Source: a bacterium (lineage in GTDB: Bacteria > Zhuqueibacterota > Zhuqueibacteria > Oceanimicrobiales > Oceanimicrobiaceae). Taken from it: 19,938 nt of DNA. Both the position numbers and the translations under genes were made by a program. The notes under the pieces were generated by a model. It was not told the origin of the DNA. It saw only the letters and a program-made list of their open reading frames with translations, and did no database searches. Shown here in pieces: positions 15,677-19,938 of this stretch. Where the stretch lies: positions 1 through 19,938 of the forward strand of contig JBHIAC010000048.1 in assembly GCA_046758365.1 (NCBI GenBank), read 5' to 3'. Within the stretch, counting starts at the first letter, position 1. Each line of letters opens with the position of its first letter.

Positions 15677-17449
15677 ATGGATAGCAAAAGAGATAAAATT
15701 AAATGTGATTTTCTTTTAGATGGTATTCCTGCCTCGCCAGGGATTGCTATTTCTAAAGTGTTTTTATTGAAAGGGGAGTCTGTAAAAATAGATCCAAGAG
15801 TCATTAACAAGTCCAACATAGAAGAGGAAATTGAAAAATTTAAACGTGCCATCCAAAAAGCAAAATATGAATTAAAAAGTCTGCAGAACAAAGTAGCTCA
15901 TAGAATTGGACGAGAAAGTGCCAAAATTTTAGATGTGCACCAGCTTTTGCTGGAAGACAGTTTAATCATTGAGGAGACCATTCGCGGCATTGAGAAAGAA
16001 AAAAAGAGTGCTGATTATGCTTTTTATGATGTGATGCAAAAATATCAAAACACCTTAGACGAGAGTTCAATTGAATATTTTCAAGGCCGGATTTCTGATT
16101 TAAATGATGTTAAAAGAAGAGTCATACGCCAAATTCAAGGTGATCGTACCGATTACCTAAGCAAATTACAAGGTTCTGCCATCATTGTAGCAAGAGATTT
16201 AACCCCTTCGGATACGGTTATGTTGGATAGAAGAAAAGTGTTGGGATTCGCTATTGATTTTGGTGGCAGGACTTCTCATGCGGCTATCATGGCCCGTTCC
16301 ATGGAAGTGCCGGCTGTGGTTGGGCTGAGGCGACTGTCAAAATTGGTCAATGAAGGAGACAGAATCATTGTCGATGGGAACGAAGGCCATGTGCTTGTTC
16401 AGCCGGATGAAAAAACTTTAAGAAAGTACCGTCGTATACGAATAAAATATTATCAATTAGAGCGCAAACTTTCTGAAATTCGCGATCTTCGTTGCATCAC
16501 CTTAGATGGTAAAGAGATCGAGCTTTCTGCCAATTTAGAATTTCCGGATGAAGTTGAGTCGGTGATTTCACACGGTGCGAAGGGGGTAGGGCTTTATCGC
16601 ACCGATTATATCTACCTTTCTAAAAACGAACTTCCTACAGAAGAAGAACAATTAGAGGAATACACAAAAATTGTAAAGAAGATTTCTCCGGACCCAGTCA
16701 TTATTCGTACCATGGATTTAGGTGGAGATAAGAACCCGCAATCCATTTTAATTCCACCAGAAGAAAACCCGTTTCTGGGTTGGCGCGCTATTCGAATTTC
16801 TCTTGACAGACAAGATATATTTCGAGTTCAATTAAGAGCCATCTTAAGAGCCAGTGCTGAAGGCAATGTTAAAATATTATTTCCCATGATTTCAAATTTG
16901 GAAGAACTTCAAGAATGTAAAAATGCGTTGGAACAAGCGAAATTGGAATTGTGGAAAGAAGACATTCCTTTTGACCAAAACATTGAAATTGGTTTGATGA
17001 TTGAAGTTCCCTCAGCCGCTCTTCTTTCTGATAAATTAGCCGCACAAGTTGATTTCCTTACCATTGGAACCAATGATCTTGTTCAATATCTATTGGCCGT
17101 TGATCGAGGTAACGAAAGAGTAGCTTATCTGTACAAGCATCTCCATCCTGCGGTACTGCGTATGATAAAACATATAATCATGGCTGGGCACCAACAAGGT
17201 GTTTGGGTAGGTATGTGTGGTGAAATGGCCAGTGATCCATTGGCAACTCTAATTCTTCTCGGTCTTGATTTAGACGAGTTCAGCGTCACTCCCATGGCTG
17301 TCCCTGAAATAAAAAAAATTATACGATCTATGGATCATCGAGAAGCGGTTCGGATTGCCAATAAAGCCCTTAATTTTGATAAGGCTACCGACGTAGAAAG
17401 ATTCATGACTAAAGTAATGAGACAAAAGTTTAAAGATCTTATTATCTAA
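15677..17449 (+). CDS. ptsI: PTS enzyme I (PEP-protein phosphotransferase)
   Basis: GIPASPGIAI, GGRTSHAAIMAR (phospho-His), IRTMDLGGDK, ENPFLGWRAIR, MIEVP, IGTNDLVQY, GMCGEMA. Confidence 0.97.
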   Translation: MDSKRDKIKCDFLLDGIPASPGIAISKVFLLKGESVKIDPRVINKSNIEEEIEKFKRAIQKAKYELKSLQNKVAHRIGRESAKILDVHQLLLEDSLIIEETIRGIEKEKKSADYAFYDVMQKYQNTLDESSIEYFQGRISDLNDVKRRVIRQIQGDRTDYLSKLQGSAIIVARDLTPSDTVMLDRRKVLGFAIDFGGRTSHAAIMARSMEVPAVVGLRRLSKLVNEGDRIIVDGNEGHVLVQPDEKTLRKYRRIRIKYYQLERKLSEIRDLRCITLDGKEIELSANLEFPDEVESVISHGAKGVGLYRTDYIYLSKNELPTEEEQLEEYTKIVKKISPDPVIIRTMDLGGDKNPQSILIPPEENPFLGWRAIRISLDRQDIFRVQLRAILRASAEGNVKILFPMISNLEELQECKNALEQAKLELWKEDIPFDQNIEIGLMIEVPSAALLSDKLAAQVDFLTIGTNDLVQYLLAVDRGNERVAYLYKHLHPAVLRMIKHIIMAGHQQGVWVGMCGEMASDPLATLILLGLDLDEFSVTPMAVPEIKKIIRSMDHREAVRIANKALNFDKATDVERFMTKVMRQKFKDLII

Positions 17450-17469
17450 AATCAAGGGAGATTCTCACT

Positions 17470-18522
17470 TTGTCAAACTTAAACCATGAAGACATTGCAA
17501 AACACGATTCAGCCGCTATGCTCGACCGTATTCTGAAATTCCCAGAACAATTGCAGCACGCTCAATCCCTTGCTAAGGAAGTAAAAGTAGAATATAACTC
17601 TGACCAAATATTGAACATATGTGTGACTGGAATGGGCGGCTCCGCAATCAGTGGTGATATTGTTCGATCTTATTTATCAGGAGTCCTAAAAATTCCAATT
17701 ATTGTGAATCGCTATTATACTTTGCCTAATTTTATTAATGAAAATTCCTTAGTCGTAGTTACCAGTTATTCTGGCAGTACGGAAGAAACGTTAGAAGCTT
17801 ATAACGACGCAAATTCAAGAAACGCAAAGATAGTTTGTATCACCTCAGGTGGGACTTTGAGTGAAAGAACCAAAAATCATGGGTATCCTGTCTATTCTAT
17901 CCCATCTGGGTATCCTCCGAGATCGGCGCTTGGTTATTTGACAGTTCCAATACTATATACTCTATATGGTATTGGCTTGATACCCAATCCAGAAGCGGAT
18001 TTATTAGAAACCATAAACCTCCTAATTAGACTCAGCGAAGAATATCACCCGAATTCGGAAAATAATTTGGCCAAGGAAATAAGCTATAAAATAAAAGATA
18101 AAATTCCTTTAATTTATGCTTCAGTTTGGGGATTTGAGGCGGTAGCTTTGCGGTGGAAAACACAACTTTCCGAGAACAGTAAAGTTTTGGCCTTTTGTAA
18201 TTTATTCCCAGAATTAAATCATAACGAAATTATGGGTTGGGGACCACTTCAAGAAACTAACCAGAAATTTCAAATCATATATTTAAAAGATAAGGAAGAC
18301 CATCCAAAAGTTAAAAAAAGAATGAGTGTAACAAAAGAAATCCTCGGTAAAAATACAGCACCGATCATTGAAGTTGAGAGTATAGGGGAGTCGCTTTTAG
18401 CTCGAATATTTTCTCTTGTTTTTTTGGGTGATATGGTGAGTTTCTATTTGGCTATTTTAAATCAAGTCGATCCAACACCAGTGAAAAAGATCGATTATTT
18501 AAAACAAAGGCTCAGTGAATAA
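17470..18522 (+). CDS. Bifunctional phosphoglucose/phosphomannose isomerase (SIS domain, PGI/PMI family)
   Basis: TTG start with GGGAG upstream; GMGGSAISGD, SYSGSTEET, ITSGG, PPRSAL, RWKTQLSENSK, PELNHNEI, DPTPVKKIDYLK. Confidence 0.95.
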   Translation: MSNLNHEDIAKHDSAAMLDRILKFPEQLQHAQSLAKEVKVEYNSDQILNICVTGMGGSAISGDIVRSYLSGVLKIPIIVNRYYTLPNFINENSLVVVTSYSGSTEETLEAYNDANSRNAKIVCITSGGTLSERTKNHGYPVYSIPSGYPPRSALGYLTVPILYTLYGIGLIPNPEADLLETINLLIRLSEEYHPNSENNLAKEISYKIKDKIPLIYASVWGFEAVALRWKTQLSENSKVLAFCNLFPELNHNEIMGWGPLQETNQKFQIIYLKDKEDHPKVKKRMSVTKEILGKNTAPIIEVESIGESLLARIFSLVFLGDMVSFYLAILNQVDPTPVKKIDYLKQRLSE

Positions 18523-18534
18523 TAAGATTGATTT

Positions 18535-19467
18535 ATGGAAAATTTGAAATTTGGACAATTTGAATTTATAATAGACATTGCCAAAGAAATCAGAGAAGCC
18601 ATCTTGCCATATTTAAACAACGAAACAGCAAAAACGTCAGCGAAGGTTGCTTTTAGTGGAGATACTACTTTTCAATTAGACATAATGGCTGAAGAGGCTT
18701 TAGATCATGGGGTTAAAAATTCAAAATTTAATTTAGCCTATTTTTCAGAAGATAAAGGACTTATAAAATATAATCCCGATCCTGAATGGTTACTTGTAGT
18801 GGACCCTATTGATGGGACACGGCCCTTAATTTGTGGTTTTGAAATGGGAGTTATCTCCATTGCTTTGTGCCATTTTTCTAAAAATGTCACATTTGGCACT
18901 ATCTTGGCTGGTGTGTTATTAGAAATTAAAAGTGGGGATCTGTTTTTTGCTGAACAAGGTAAGGGTGTTCAAATCTCCTCCTCTTTTGATAAGCAGTCAC
19001 AGCCATCTTCAACAAAGAATCTAAAAAAAATGTTTTGGAGTTTTGATGCCATTGGCCGACCAACTCACTGGATATTCAAATATTTGGGAAAGTTAATGGA
19101 TGTTTCTGGTATGGAAGCCGGGGTATTTTTGTTTAACAATTCAGCTTTTTCATTGACTAGGATTGTAACCGGTCAGCTTGATGCCTATGTAGATGTGGGT
19201 GGCAGAATTTTGAAAGAGCATCCAGAAAGTGAGTCTGAATTTCTTAGCATCGGTGCTGGGCGTGTCATGGGCACTTTTCCGTATGATATCGCTGCATCAT
19301 ATTTAATTTTGCAAGAAGCGAACTGTGTAATTACTGATGCACACGGCAAGAGTCTAAAAAATGTTAGGTTATTACAACACGGAAAAGAGGCCGTACTTTC
19401 ATGTGTAGCGGCAAGCAATCTCGAATTGCACAGGAAAATTTTGGAATTTTTACCTACATCATATTGA
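18535..19467 (+). CDS. Inositol monophosphatase / FBPase superfamily phosphatase
   Basis: GDTTFQLDIMAE, SEDKG, VVDPIDGT metal-binding motif, GQLDAYVD, PYDIAAS. Confidence 0.88.
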   Translation: MENLKFGQFEFIIDIAKEIREAILPYLNNETAKTSAKVAFSGDTTFQLDIMAEEALDHGVKNSKFNLAYFSEDKGLIKYNPDPEWLLVVDPIDGTRPLICGFEMGVISIALCHFSKNVTFGTILAGVLLEIKSGDLFFAEQGKGVQISSSFDKQSQPSSTKNLKKMFWSFDAIGRPTHWIFKYLGKLMDVSGMEAGVFLFNNSAFSLTRIVTGQLDAYVDVGGRILKEHPESESEFLSIGAGRVMGTFPYDIAASYLILQEANCVITDAHGKSLKNVRLLQHGKEAVLSCVAASNLELHRKILEFLPTSY

Positions 19468-19571
19468 TTACTGTTAAATAAAGATAGTGCAAAATTCAGC
19501 GATATGTATTATTTACTCATCTATTCATTACGTAAAATAGGATTCTTTTTAAAAATGAAAGGAGCAAATTC

Positions 19572-19938
19572 ATGTCTTCGATGTTATTTACTTCTGAATC
19601 TGTAACTGAAGGGCACCCAGATAAAATTGCGGATCAGATTTCAGATGCCATATTGGACGCTATTTTTGAAAAAGATCCCTATGGCCGGGTCGCCTGTGAA
19701 ACGTATGTAACCACAGGCTTGGTTATTGTAGGAGGGGAAATTACCACAAAAACCTATGTGGATATTCAAGCCTTAGTGCGTGGCACTGTTAAAGAAATAG
19801 GTTACACTGATGCCAGTTTTGGGTTTGATTATTTAACCTGTGCCGTACTGAATACTATACAACAGCAATCGCCTGATATTGCCTTAGGCGTAGATAGAGA
19901 GGGAGCTGGTGACCAGGGTATGATGTTTGGCTATGCAA
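19572..19938 (+). CDS. metK: S-adenosylmethionine synthetase, 5' part (runs off the window; absent from the ORF track)
   Basis: AAGGAG RBS, then ATG 19572: [29 protein letters not shown]...RVACET...GEITT...[25 protein letters not shown]. Confidence 0.98.
   Translation, partial: MSSMLFTSESVTEGHPDKIADQISDAILDAIFEKDPYGRVACETYVTTGLVIVGGEITTKTYVDIQALVRGTVKEIGYTDASFGFDYLTCAVLNTIQQQSPDIALGVDREGAGDQGMMFGYA

Noticed and set aside
19468..19571. SAM riboswitch upstream of metK
   Set aside because: Only 104 bp of AT-rich spacer; no S-box core (ATC.AGAG...GAGGGA..GGCCC) visible

Overview
AT-rich bacterial window, most consistent with an FCB-superphylum lineage such as KSB1, Calditrichota or Ignavibacteria-like. 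This is inferred from a PNPFNP-type C-terminal sorting domain, a DUF5916 protein and the ptsH-ptsI-pgi/pmi-metK gene order. The left ~7.3 kb is a minus-strand cell-surface block: MshD/PilV-like minor pilin, PilX-like protein, an 8x Big_1 (invasin-type Ig) lipoprotein, a probable outer-membrane beta-barrel and an M23 peptidase. It is followed by a divergent secreted 7-blade beta-propeller with a T9SS-type CTD, a SnoaL-like lipoprotein and a CBM9-like/DUF5916 protein. At 13.3-14.3 kb there is a decay zone: a frameshifted four-helix-bundle gene runs tail-to-tail into a frameshifted fragment of a secreted repeat protein. The right end is a housekeeping run (polyprenyl synthase, ptsH, ptsI, bifunctional PGI/PMI, IMPase/FBPase-like, partial metK). 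The most notable non-coding signals are three sigma28-like promoters on the pilin/adhesin/secreted genes, a sigma54 promoter with a recurring GGATA-N2-TATCC palindrome, an ECF-type promoter, and several miniature inverted or tandem repeat elements. All calls are by eye; no searches were run.
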